The position numbers and the translations under genes are program-made. A DNA stretch of 64,000 nucleotides from Planctomycetota bacterium. Lineage in GTDB: Bacteria; Planctomycetota; Phycisphaerae; Phycisphaerales; SM1A02. Below the pieces are notes generated by a model. It searched no databases, was not told the DNA's origin, and worked only from the letters and a program-made list of their open reading frames with translations. The DNA lies in the NCBI GenBank assembly GCA_016873115.1, contig VGYB01000001.1, forward strand, positions 151,528 through 215,527, written 5' to 3'. Positions within the stretch are counted from its first letter, which is position 1. Every line of letters begins with the position of its first letter. Of this stretch, positions 56,401 to 64,000 are shown piece after piece.

Positions 56401-57985
56401 CCGGGCGACGAAGCGTGAGACCTGTGCCATCGAGCCACTCGTTGCCCACCATGGCAGCGATCGACGAGCGTTCAAGCTCCACGCGCGCACCCGTCACGCT
56501 GCCTGACTCAAGATGCGGCACGATGAATGCGGCGATCGATCCCTGCGCCACACCGCCGCCAAGCGTGAGTTCGGCCTGGACGCGATCGGCCAGTCGCGAT
56601 GTGCGTACCCCAACCGTGACATCGCCGAGATCCAGGCCGGACTTCGCCTGCTCGATGCCATCGATCACCACACCCTTCATGGCGACCGTCGCGATCGCCT
56701 GGATGCCCTCGAGCGGACGCTCGCCCATCGGCACGATCGCTCGCTCCACACGGAGCGACAGCGGCACGTCGTTCATGGCCGGCACACCGAAGTTCTGCAG
56801 GAGCGGCTTCGCCAGCGTGGTGTCGAGCGCCACGCCTTGCACGATCGCTTGGTTGGCCACCTCATCAAGGCGCCCTGTCCCAGTGAGCGTGAAGCGATCG
56901 CTCCGCGCCGCCAAGGTGGCCGAAGAACCGCTGAAATCCAGCGTCGCGATCACCGTGTCACCGAGATCGCGCGACGCATCGAGGCCAGTCCCGTCCAGGA
57001 ACGGTGCGAGCACGGCCGTGGGCACGGAGCCAAGTGCGATCTGCCCTGCGGCCGTGGCCTTGGAGGAAAGTCCACCCGCAGGCGTGAGCAATCCATTCAC
57101 TCGCACGCGGCCACTGGCGGTGCTCGGCGCATTGCCCTTCGCTTCGAGCGATGCATCGAACTGGACATCGAGCGCACGCGCGAGACTCTCGGCCTTTGCC
57201 GTCAGGTCAAGCGATCGCACCACCACATCCTGGGCGCCCGCCGAAACAGGCAGCGCCGTGGCCTTCACGGCAAGGTCCACGCCCGCCGTCGTCGGTGTCA
57301 CCACGCCATCACGACCGAACAGATTGCGCAGCGTGGCGTCGACCTCGAACGATCCGCGCTCGGCATCGATGGTGGTGGATCCCTTGGCCTTCACGGTGGC
57401 ATCGCTGCCACCCAAGGTGATCGTCGCACTGGCACCCTCCACACGCACCGTGCGCCCAGCACCCAGTGGCTTGATGACGACCTTCAACGGATCGATCGAG
57501 ACCTTCGCGCCACGCATGGGTGTGGGCAGCGACACCGGCGCAGTCGGTTCCCTCGATGTTGAACTCCCCGCCGACGATGTCCGTGCAGCCTCGGACGGGG
57601 GCTGCAGCAACTCCAGCAGCGTGATCGATCCATCCTCGCGCGAGGCCGTGTCCACGCTCACCCCGATGCGCACATCGAGCGATTCGCTCGCCCGCAGCAA
57701 GGCCAACAGCCCGTTGTGCACGCTGACCGTGGCATCGACCGCATCGTGCTGGCCGCTGATTCGGACCTGCCACACCTGAGGTCCCGACCAGCTCACCTTC
57801 GCATCGACCAGATCCACCGTGCCGCGGACATGCGGCGCAAGCTGGTCGCGAACGACGCTGCGAAGGATCGTGGCGCTGACGATGCTTGGCGCCAGCACCA
57901 CCAGCACGGCGGCCACGATCAGCCCGATGCCGAGGGCGATCGCCACTCTTCGCACGCGCCGCGATGATGGAGCTCCCCTGCTCAT
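53480..57985 (-). CDS. Very large (1501 aa) N-terminally anchored envelope protein, AsmA/TamB-like
   Basis: It has a single N-terminal TM segment (VAIALGIGLIVAAVLVVLAP). About 1400 aa of A/G/S/T/V/L/D-rich beta-type sequence follow. The C-terminal region reads LVLNFSGDIDLTRDP and ends in a basic tail, GGGKKKKGQ. The family call is made by architecture, not by a hard motif. Confidence 0.6.
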   Translation of the reverse strand: MSRGAPSSRRVRRVAIALGIGLIVAAVLVVLAPSIVSATILRSVVRDQLAPHVRGTVDLVDAKVSWSGPQVWQVRISGQHDAVDATVSVHNGLLALLRASESLDVRIGVSVDTASREDGSITLLELLQPPSEAARTSSAGSSTSREPTAPVSLPTPMRGAKVSIDPLKVVIKPLGAGRTVRVEGASATITLGGSDATVKAKGSTTIDAERGSFEVDATLRNLFGRDGVVTPTTAGVDLAVKATALPVSAGAQDVVVRSLDLTAKAESLARALDVQFDASLEAKGNAPSTASGRVRVNGLLTPAGGLSSKATAAGQIALGSVPTAVLAPFLDGTGLDASRDLGDTVIATLDFSGSSATLAARSDRFTLTGTGRLDEVANQAIVQGVALDTTLAKPLLQNFGVPAMNDVPLSLRVERAIVPMGERPLEGIQAIATVAMKGVVIDGIEQAKSGLDLGDVTVGVRTSRLADRVQAELTLGGGVAQGSIAAFIVPHLESGSVTGARVELERSSIAAMVGNEWLDGTGLTLRRPASTTITIDRAAFAVGASGPDLATASLVATVGIEPLTLGGVVGPDAWLDVAATTVGLRSEALSKGVQVSVAGGASGFVAKADLALAGIVTNAGAVTLDAARASGSIQVDAIDLSRVPHVPERMQRMSGLVGLGRPVLTVQFDGNRDAVAVQAVLKGPAADLSAQGKWSPERTVVKGLKGSITVADGLSELLGIDGLRLSAPARMAVGCDELTLLTPAPSPDAVEVKAEKLQLGIDRLELSACPGLDGSIVLERVAIDGTANRTASGVLDWSGTIAAAVPGEVEATGQLALVLPGSGQPSGSATVRATLPVGTNLLGRFTQSPYLPAAAGPGTVEVTWSGKGGHDALELTAALSRLSATAKVELDPAAADESARALRMPAATIACSLPRRVMDRVLAGTDPVAADWADATIVPMAATLTGVQASTDRRSLALHADASIGAFTARPTESMSMALDQTRLTAAIASLESGAQLSITTDIAIDGGASHPATIDLDLKGDLRGMLHDDGVIDMRGSSVKVSAPGALVQPFIAAAHTPAAAASPKGGAFQASGSGRLTLDPKALLSASIDLRRITVPARLAEASVDASIAVGAIDAAFGAVELHIERIGADLRADAIGRSCAFNATLAFGEKERDGAVIAKGTIDALGRPDGSLASTAMVVRAQAQATDFPLEWFDALAVTDGIIVRACGERADATIEVISPVPGTMDVSATLDTTFLDARAPRIKVADGLVQVDPDRPIELSLVLNDAIRSELLEPLNPILSDIKEAPPVKVALSRLRWPMDGNLARLEADAHMDVGEAKVEKSNQLLGVLQEFKSSVDPIVPANIGPLVASIRAGQLTYNDFIIGVDRIGTQWQLVLNFSGDIDLTRDPARARAISARYPVSSIVRTVAGVAGGISSPVDETIKDISDALSVLPLDLGNLMALEITFSGPLGPVNGKEVPLDVSVRPVVGKIDPIEGANRVIDALDGLFGGGKKKKGQ

Positions 57986-58021
57986 GCCCGGATCGTACGG
58001 CTCGCCGACGCCGGGGTTCGA

Positions 58022-59227
58022 TCAGTCGACGGCGACCGGCTCCCGGGTGGAGGCCGGCACGAGCGCGAGCATGCGATCGATGGCCAGTCGCGCCAAGGCA
58101 CGCGCCTCGGGATGCACCGAGATCCGATTGACCACTCGGCCCTGTGCAAGTTCGTCGAGCACCCAGAGCAGGTGCGCCTGGTCGATGCGGTACATGGTCG
58201 TGCACAGGCACTGGCAGTCCGACAGGATCCGCACCTCGACGCCGCGTTCGGCCGCGCGCGCCGTCAGGCGGTTGACGAGGTGGATCTCGGTGCCCACGGC
58301 GAAGCGGGAACCGGCCGGTGCGGCCTCGATCTCCCGGATGATGTACTCGGTCGATCCCTTCAGGTCAGCCAGGTCGGCGACTTCCTGGCAGCACTCCGGG
58401 TGCACGATGACCTTCATGCCGGGCTCGTTCGCGCGGATCCACGCCACATGCTCTGGCCGGAACAGCTTGTGCACGCTGCAGTGGCCGGCCCACAGCACGA
58501 CATCGGCATCGTGCAACTGCTTGGTGGTGAGCCCGCCTCCGGCCTTGCGCGGCTGCCAGAGCGCGCACTGCGCCCTCAACGAGGAATCCGCGGCAGCATC
58601 GACCTCGGTGATGAAGCCCCGCGTCTTCGCGGTGTTGCGCCCCAGGTGCTGATCGGGCAGGAAGAGCAGCTTGACCCGCTCGCCGCGCTCAAGCCGACGC
58701 TCGCCGCCTCGGAGCGCCCAATCGAAGACCAGATGGGCGTTGCTGCTCGTGCAGCACGCGCCGCCATGCTGGCCGACGAAGGCCTTGATCGCCGCCGAAC
58801 TGTTGACATAGGTGATCGGGACGACCCGCACGCGCTCACCGGCATGCGCCGCGGCGATCGCTTCCCAGCACGCCACCGTGTCGTCCCACGCGGCCATGTC
58901 GGCCATGCTGCATCCGGCGCCGAGATCCGGAAGGATGATGTTGACGGTGCCGTCCGTGACGATGTCGGCTGTCTCGGCCATGAAGTGCACGCCACAGAAG
59001 ACCAGCGACTCGCTGCCCCGCCGGCGCGCCTCGACCGCGGCCATCTGCGAGAGCTTCAGGCTGTCGCCAGTCAGGTCCGCGTGCTGCACGACCGCATCCT
59101 GCTGGTAGTGGTGGCCCAGGATCAGCACCCGCGTGCCGAGCTCGGCGCGACGGGCCGTGATGGCCGCCGCAAGCGCGCCGTCCTCCATCGATCGATAGCG
59201 TTCAGGCAGCGGCGGTTGCCAGAGCAT
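58022..59227 (-). CDS. nadA: Quinolinate synthase
   Basis: The start is MLWQPPLPERY. The sequence continues VLILGHHYQQDAVVQHADLTGDSLKLS...FCGVHFMAETADI...CSMA...YVNSSA...CTSSNA...FLPDQHLGRN...GHCSVH...VIVHPEC. The track ORF is over-extended, to 59461. Confidence 0.9.
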   Translation of the reverse strand: MLWQPPLPERYRSMEDGALAAAITARRAELGTRVLILGHHYQQDAVVQHADLTGDSLKLSQMAAVEARRRGSESLVFCGVHFMAETADIVTDGTVNIILPDLGAGCSMADMAAWDDTVACWEAIAAAHAGERVRVVPITYVNSSAAIKAFVGQHGGACCTSSNAHLVFDWALRGGERRLERGERVKLLFLPDQHLGRNTAKTRGFITEVDAAADSSLRAQCALWQPRKAGGGLTTKQLHDADVVLWAGHCSVHKLFRPEHVAWIRANEPGMKVIVHPECCQEVADLADLKGSTEYIIREIEAAPAGSRFAVGTEIHLVNRLTARAAERGVEVRILSDCQCLCTTMYRIDQAHLLWVLDELAQGRVVNRISVHPEARALARLAIDRMLALVPASTREPVAVD

Positions 59228-59251
59228 GGGCCGTGAAGTGTAGGGCCTACC

Positions 59252-60199
59252 ATGCTGCATTCCATGGACGACGACCTGCTCGTGCACGCTCCCGCAAAGC
59301 TCAACCTGGCGTTGAGCGTGGGGCATCCGCGTCCGGATGGGTTCCATCCGCTGTCGTCGTGGATGGTCACGCTCGGCTGGGGGGACTCGATCTACCTGCG
59401 CCGGCGCGATCCGGGGAGCAATTCGCTCTTCGCCAATGTCTGGGCAACCGATGCGCCCCACACCCCGGACCTGGACTGGCCGCTGCGCAGCGATCTCTCA
59501 TGGAAGGCGCATGCGGCGATCGAGCGGGCTGTCGGGCGGCAACTGCCGGTCCGCGTGCGGGTCGAGAAGCGCATCCCCGTCGGTGGCGGGCTCGGCGGCG
59601 GCAGCAGCAATGCCGCGGCGGTCTTGCGCGGACTCGATGAACTCTTTGACCTCAGGCTCGGCAACGAAGCGCTGCGCGCGATCGCCGCCGATCTCGGCAG
59701 CGATGTCGCGTTTCTCGTCGAGGGTGGCTCCGCGATCGTGTCGGGTGTGGGCGAGCGCGTCGATGCCCTGCCTGATGTTCCCCAGGTGCATGTGGTGCTG
59801 TGCTTTCCCGACGCACATTGCCCGACCCCGGAGGTCTACCGCCTGTTCGATGCGATGCGTCCCGATGCCGGCGACCCCGAGCACGCGCGCGTCCACGCTC
59901 TGGCCACGGCAGATCGCATCCGGGCACACGAGCCCTTCAATGACCTCGCCGTGCCCGCCCGTGAATCGAGCGAAGCGGTGCGCCGGGCCATGGACGAGAT
60001 CGCCGAGGTCACCCAGCTGCCGGTGCATGTCTGCGGCAGCGGCAGCAGCCTCTTCCTCGTCTGTGATGATCCGATCCATGCCGAGCATGTGGCCCGGATC
60101 GTGGTGAACGAGGCCGCCGTGAAGGCGGTGGCCACGCAGGTCGGCGGTCCCGGCGGGATCGTCCGGAACCCGCCGCCCGCGCGCCGCACCTGCGCATAA
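59252..60199 (+). CDS. ispE: 4-diphosphocytidyl-2-C-methyl-D-erythritol kinase
   Basis: The sequence reads APAKLNLALSVG.PRPDGFHPLSSWM, and the GHMP motif is KRIPVGGGLGGGSSNAAAVL. Confidence 0.9.
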   Translation: MLHSMDDDLLVHAPAKLNLALSVGHPRPDGFHPLSSWMVTLGWGDSIYLRRRDPGSNSLFANVWATDAPHTPDLDWPLRSDLSWKAHAAIERAVGRQLPVRVRVEKRIPVGGGLGGGSSNAAAVLRGLDELFDLRLGNEALRAIAADLGSDVAFLVEGGSAIVSGVGERVDALPDVPQVHVVLCFPDAHCPTPEVYRLFDAMRPDAGDPEHARVHALATADRIRAHEPFNDLAVPARESSEAVRRAMDEIAEVTQLPVHVCGSGSSLFLVCDDPIHAEHVARIVVNEAAVKAVATQVGGPGGIVRNPPPARRTCA

Positions 60200-60257
60200 C
60201 GCATGCCGGGCGCGCAGGCCGGGCTGCGTACACTTCGCCGCTTCGGAACCGAACACC

Positions 60258-61979
60258 ATGACGACCCCTTGCAGCACCGCGGCCTCCGCACCGAGCACCT
60301 TCGTCCCCGCCGGCCTCGACGCCTCGTCGTGGCCCCAGCTCGAGCCGCTGTATCGCGCGCTCATCGACCGCCCGCTGAAGTGTGCCGGCTGCCTCGAGCG
60401 GCTGCTCCTCGACCGCAGCGACCTCGACGCGATGGTCGCCGAGACCGAGGCGAACCTGTACATCGCCATGACCTGCGACACCGAGAGCGAGCCGCGCCGC
60501 AAGGCCTTCCTCGACTTCGTGCAGGATGTCGACCCGCATCTCAAGCGCATCGGTTTCGAGCTCGACCGTCGCATCGTCGACTGTCCATTCACCAAGGACC
60601 TCAACCAGCAGCGCTACGGCGTGCTGCTCCGCGGCCTGCGCCAGGAAGTCAAGCTCTTCCGTCCAGAGAATGTCGAGATCCAGACCGAGTGCACCAAGCT
60701 TGAGCAGCAGTACAGCCAGATCTCCGGTGCCATGGCGGTCGAGTTCGATGGCAAGAAGCAGACGCTGCCGCAGATGGCGCGCTACCTCGAAGTGACCGAC
60801 CGCAGCGTGCGCGAGGCCAGCTGGCGCGCCGTGGCCGACCGTCGGCTGCAGGATGCCGAGGCGATCGACGGCATCTACGACCGCCTCGTGGCGCATCGTC
60901 ATCGCATGGCGCTGAACGCCGGCTTCGACAGCTTCCGCGACTACCAGCACCAGCGCATGCATCGCTTCGACTACACGCCCGCCGACTGCGAGCGCTTCCA
61001 CGCGGCCTGCGAGCAGGTCTGCGTTCCCCTGATGCGCCAGCTCAACGAGGAGCGACGCACGAGCCTGAAGCTCGACACGCTGCGTCCGTGGGACCTCAAG
61101 GTCGATGTGCATGGTCGCTCGGCCCTTCGGCCGTTCGAGACCGCCGACGAGCTCGTGGACCGCTGCAGCCGCGTCTTCCACGACATGGGTGGCGGCCTCG
61201 GCCCGCTGTTCGACTCGATGCGCTCGGGTCAATGCCTCGACCTCGAGAGCCGACAGGGCAAGCAGCCCGGTGGCTACCAGTACCAGCGCCAAGCCAGCCG
61301 CAAGCCGTTCATCTTCATGAACGCCGCGGGGCTGCAGCGCGACCTCGTCACGATGGTGCACGAGGCCGGTCACGCCTTCCACAGCATGCTCTGCTCGCAC
61401 GATCCCTTGCTGGCCTACCGCGGCAGCCCGATCGAGTTCGCCGAGGTCGCCTCGATGAGCATGGAGCTGCTCACCTTCCCGCACCTGGGCCACTTCTACT
61501 CCGAGCAGGATGCCGGACGCCATCGCCGCGAACTGCTCGAGGGCCTCACCACGCTGCTGCCCTGGATCGCCACGATCGATGCGTTCCAGCACTGGGCCTA
61601 CACGCACCCGACCCACACGCGCGCCGATCGCATCGCGTACTGGCTCCATCTCAACAGGCGCTTCGGTGCCGATGCGTCCTGGGCCGGCTGCGAGCGCGCG
61701 CTCGAAACGGCGTGGCAGCGCCAAGGGCACCTCTTCCAGAACCCCTTCTACTACATCGAGTACGGCATTGCGCAGCTCGGTGCGCTCCAGCTCTGGCTGA
61801 AGGCACGACGCAACGCCGGTGCGGCGCTCGAGGCGTACAAGCGCGCCCTCTCGCTCGGCGCGAGCCAGCCGCTGCCGGAACTCTTCGAGGCCGCCGGCCT
61901 GCGCTTCGACTTCGGACCCGAGACGATGGCGAGCCTCATCGACGAGGTCCGCGGCGAACTCGCGACCATTCCCGACTGA
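60258..61979 (+). CDS. pepF: M3-family oligoendopeptidase (PepF-like)
   Basis: The zinc motif is TMVHEAGHAFH, with a downstream E in EFAEVASM. The length (573 aa) and the overall pattern are typical of M3B. Confidence 0.85.
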   Translation: MTTPCSTAASAPSTFVPAGLDASSWPQLEPLYRALIDRPLKCAGCLERLLLDRSDLDAMVAETEANLYIAMTCDTESEPRRKAFLDFVQDVDPHLKRIGFELDRRIVDCPFTKDLNQQRYGVLLRGLRQEVKLFRPENVEIQTECTKLEQQYSQISGAMAVEFDGKKQTLPQMARYLEVTDRSVREASWRAVADRRLQDAEAIDGIYDRLVAHRHRMALNAGFDSFRDYQHQRMHRFDYTPADCERFHAACEQVCVPLMRQLNEERRTSLKLDTLRPWDLKVDVHGRSALRPFETADELVDRCSRVFHDMGGGLGPLFDSMRSGQCLDLESRQGKQPGGYQYQRQASRKPFIFMNAAGLQRDLVTMVHEAGHAFHSMLCSHDPLLAYRGSPIEFAEVASMSMELLTFPHLGHFYSEQDAGRHRRELLEGLTTLLPWIATIDAFQHWAYTHPTHTRADRIAYWLHLNRRFGADASWAGCERALETAWQRQGHLFQNPFYYIEYGIAQLGALQLWLKARRNAGAALEAYKRALSLGASQPLPELFEAAGLRFDFGPETMASLIDEVRGELATIPD

Positions 61980-62021
61980 CCTGACCCCGGACCATCCAAC
62001 CCACCACCCGACACCACCACC

Positions 62022-63098
62022 ATGTCCCACCATGTCGCCATCCTCGGAGCCGGCAAGATCGGCCGCATGACCGCCCACTTCCTCGCCTCATGCGGTGACT
62101 ACACCGTGCGCATCGGCGATGTCCACGAACCGAGCGCCCTTGCCGTCGCACGCGACGAGCGGATCGACGGGCGACGCGTGGACTTCAGCAGTCCCGCGGA
62201 ACTCGCTGCCTTCCTCAAGGGTGCGTGGGCCGTCGTGAGCTGTGCGCCGTACCGTTGCAACCTGGGCATCGCGCTGGCCGCGAAGGACGCCGGCTGTCAC
62301 TACCTCGATCTCACCGAGGATGTCGCCGTGACCAAGAAGGTCATGCAGCTGAGCCACGGTGCCTCGTCGGCGTTCATCCCGCAGTGCGGACTGGCACCCG
62401 GGTTCATCACGATCGTGGCGCACTCGCTGCTGCGCGAATTCGAGACCGTCGACACGGTGCGCATGCGCGTGGGCGCACTGCCGCGGACCCCGAGCAATGT
62501 GCTCCAGTACAACCTGACCTGGTCGACCGACGGCCTGGTGAACGAGTACTGCAATCCCTGCGAGGCGCTGGTCGATGGGCAGATGTGCCTGGTTCCCCCG
62601 CTCGAGCAGGTCGAGCGGCTGCACATCGAGGGCTGCGAGTACGAGGCGTTCAACACCTCGGGCGGCCTGGGCACCCTGGCGGACTCGCTCCGCGGCAAGG
62701 TGCGCAACCTGAACTACAAGACGATCCGCTTCACCGGCCATGCGGAGCAGATGCGATTCCTCCTCAACGACCTGCGCTTCATCGAGCACCGCGACGAACT
62801 CAAGGCGATCCTCGAGCGAGCCGTGCCCGGCACCGATGATGACCAGGTGGTGATCTTCGTCAGCGCCGCCGGCCAGCGTGGCGGTCGCTTCATGGACCGC
62901 ACCTGGGCGCGCACCGTGCTCAGCCGCGAGATCGGTGGGCGCCACTGGACCGCGATCCAGGTCACGACGGCCGCCGGCATCTGCGCCGTGGTGGACATGC
63001 TCAAGGAAGGCACCGTGCCGGCCAAGGGCTTCGTGCGCCAGGAACAGATCGGTCTCGACGCGTTCCTCGCGAATCGCTTCGGCCGCCACTACGCCTGA
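62022..63098 (+). CDS. Saccharopine dehydrogenase-family NAD(P)-dependent oxidoreductase
   Basis: The Rossmann N-terminus is HVAILGAGKIGRMTAHFLA. The sequence continues ...HYLDLTED...IPQCGLAPGF...LTWSTDGLVNEY. The substrate cannot be told from the sequence. Confidence 0.7.
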   Translation: MSHHVAILGAGKIGRMTAHFLASCGDYTVRIGDVHEPSALAVARDERIDGRRVDFSSPAELAAFLKGAWAVVSCAPYRCNLGIALAAKDAGCHYLDLTEDVAVTKKVMQLSHGASSAFIPQCGLAPGFITIVAHSLLREFETVDTVRMRVGALPRTPSNVLQYNLTWSTDGLVNEYCNPCEALVDGQMCLVPPLEQVERLHIEGCEYEAFNTSGGLGTLADSLRGKVRNLNYKTIRFTGHAEQMRFLLNDLRFIEHRDELKAILERAVPGTDDDQVVIFVSAAGQRGGRFMDRTWARTVLSREIGGRHWTAIQVTTAAGICAVVDMLKEGTVPAKGFVRQEQIGLDAFLANRFGRHYA

Positions 63099-63106
63099 CG
63101 CACGCC

Positions 63107-63637
63107 ATGGGCGTCATGCCGGTCTATCGCGACGCGGGCCCCGAAGATGTGCCCTCGGTCGTTGCACTCGTCGAGCGGGCATACCGCGGCGAGGCGAGCC
63201 GTGCCGGCTGGACGACGGAAGCCGACCTGCTCGATGGCCAACGCACCGACGAGCGCGAGATCGGTGAACTCGTGCGTGGCGAGGGCTCGCGCATCAGGTT
63301 GGCGTTCCTTGATGGCGTGCTGGTGGCGTGCGTGCGCATCGATCGGGGATCGGGGTACGGCCATGTCGGCATGGTGTCCGTCGAGCCGACGCGCCAGCGC
63401 GACGGGCTCGGACGCCAGCTCCTGGCCGAGGCCGAGCGCGTGATCCGTGATGACCTGGGGATGGACCGCGCACGGATGACCGTCATCGGTCAGCGCGTCG
63501 AACTCATTGCCTGGTACGGGCGCCGGGGCTATCAGTCCACCGGTGAGCGCGAACCGTTCCCCTACGGGGAGCGCCGAAACGGCCTGCCGCGACGGTCGGA
63601 CCTCTACTTCGAGGTCCTCCAGAAGCACCTGCGCTGA
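63107..63637 (+). CDS. GNAT-family N-acetyltransferase
   Basis: The acetyl-CoA-binding context is VSVEPTRQRDGLGRQLL, and the C-terminus includes WYGRRGY. Confidence 0.8.
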   Translation: MGVMPVYRDAGPEDVPSVVALVERAYRGEASRAGWTTEADLLDGQRTDEREIGELVRGEGSRIRLAFLDGVLVACVRIDRGSGYGHVGMVSVEPTRQRDGLGRQLLAEAERVIRDDLGMDRARMTVIGQRVELIAWYGRRGYQSTGEREPFPYGERRNGLPRRSDLYFEVLQKHLR

Positions 63638-63733
63638 CAGCGTGGGCGAAAATACCCTCCTCACGCTTGCCTTCCCCTGTGCTGGATCGGACGGTTGGGA
63701 GCGCACGACTGGGCGTGCGCGGAGGCCAGCACC

Positions 63734-63832
63734 ATGCAGCAGTACGACATCCACCACACGCTTCGCAAGATCATCGCAGCCGCCGCCAGCTTCTGCATCG
63801 GCCTGCTCATCGCGCGCGTGATTGGGCTCTGA
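63734..63832 (+). CDS. Possible 32-aa membrane micropeptide
   Basis: My own reading gives ATG CAG CAG TAC... = MQQYDIHHTLRKIIAAAASFCIGLLIARVIGL*. It falls below the track's size cut-off. There is no other support. Confidence 0.15.
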   Translation: MQQYDIHHTLRKIIAAAASFCIGLLIARVIGL

Positions 63833-63862
63833 ACGCGTCGAAACGGCGCGATGCCGTGCGCT

Positions 63863-64000
63863 TCAGCGCACCCGCACATCCAGGATCGCCACCTCGGCCG
63901 GGCGGTTCACGCGCAGCGGGAACCAACTGCCCACCCCACGCGTGACGAACACCGAACTCGCACCATCGTGATAGAGCCCGTCATGCAGGGCACGGCCCCT
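63863..64000 (-). CDS. C-terminal end of a probable metallophosphoesterase (the 5' part lies beyond the right edge)
   Basis: My own minus-strand translation gives ...RGRALHDGLYHDGASSVFVTRGVGSWFPLRVNRPAEVAILDVRVR*. This resembles the G.G....P.R....PE..+L C-terminus of YkuE-type phosphoesterases. The stop is at 63863-63865. Confidence 0.4.
   Translation of the reverse strand, partial: RGRALHDGLYHDGASSVFVTRGVGSWFPLRVNRPAEVAILDVRVR

Noticed and set aside
60009-62078. A 689-aa minus-strand ORF
   Set aside because: It is antisense to the M3 oligoendopeptidase gene, which carries the HEAGH zinc motif.

Overview
This is a densely coded, high-GC (roughly 66-68% by eye) chromosomal segment. I can support about 58 protein-coding genes. 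I found no rRNA, tRNA, CRISPR array, transposase, integrase or phage genes. The gene content tentatively suggests a Planctomycetota (Phycisphaerae-like) genome, but this is an impression and not a computed placement. The supporting traits are dockerin-like 'LLAAWG' C-terminal modules, several large secreted repeat proteins, thyX, two groEL copies and scattered nuo/atp genes.

Most of the window is housekeeping:
- DNA, RNA and nucleotide metabolism: gyrB, ftsK, RNase R, thyX, queC, dus.
- Chaperones: groEL1-groES-groEL2-dnaJ-grpE.
- Energy: atpZ/I-B-E-F-H-A, plus a lone nuoI-like gene.
- Cofactor and isoprenoid synthesis: panB, coaD, nadA, ispE.
- Other: xylB, an HtrA protease, pepF.

Many very long ORFs in the supplied track are antisense artefacts of the GC-rich DNA and were rejected. 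Examples are 11201..15097(-), 110..2095(+) and 47735..50269(+). One real gene, a GH38 alpha-mannosidase at the left edge, is missing from the track because it has no stop codon inside the window. I found it by translating the strand myself.

I cannot point to a proven new system. The best candidates for something under-described are:
1. 2053-8726: a translationally coupled tripartite ABC efflux locus with two separate FtsX permeases. It is bracketed by a small membrane protein with four vicinal-cysteine clusters and by a His/Cys-rich lipoprotein.
2. 33070-37334: a four-gene envelope lipoprotein cluster (LpoB-like, YcfL-like, a large helical lipoprotein, and a secreted protein with two CsgG/LpoB-like domains plus PEGA).
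3. 43607-45063: a hotdog dehydratase / atypically long ACP / hotdog dehydratase trio with no other fatty-acid or polyketide genes nearby.
4. 19643-19667: a near-consensus sigma-54 -24/-12 element, embedded in a perfect palindrome, in front of a groEL1-groES-groEL2 cluster that lacks CIRCE.
5. 43524-43562: an orphan plus-strand intrinsic terminator in a 250-nt gap, which may mark a small RNA.
6. 28310-28789: a secreted protein made of six 18-residue tandem repeats.

All functional calls rest on motifs I can read in the translations. No database search was run.
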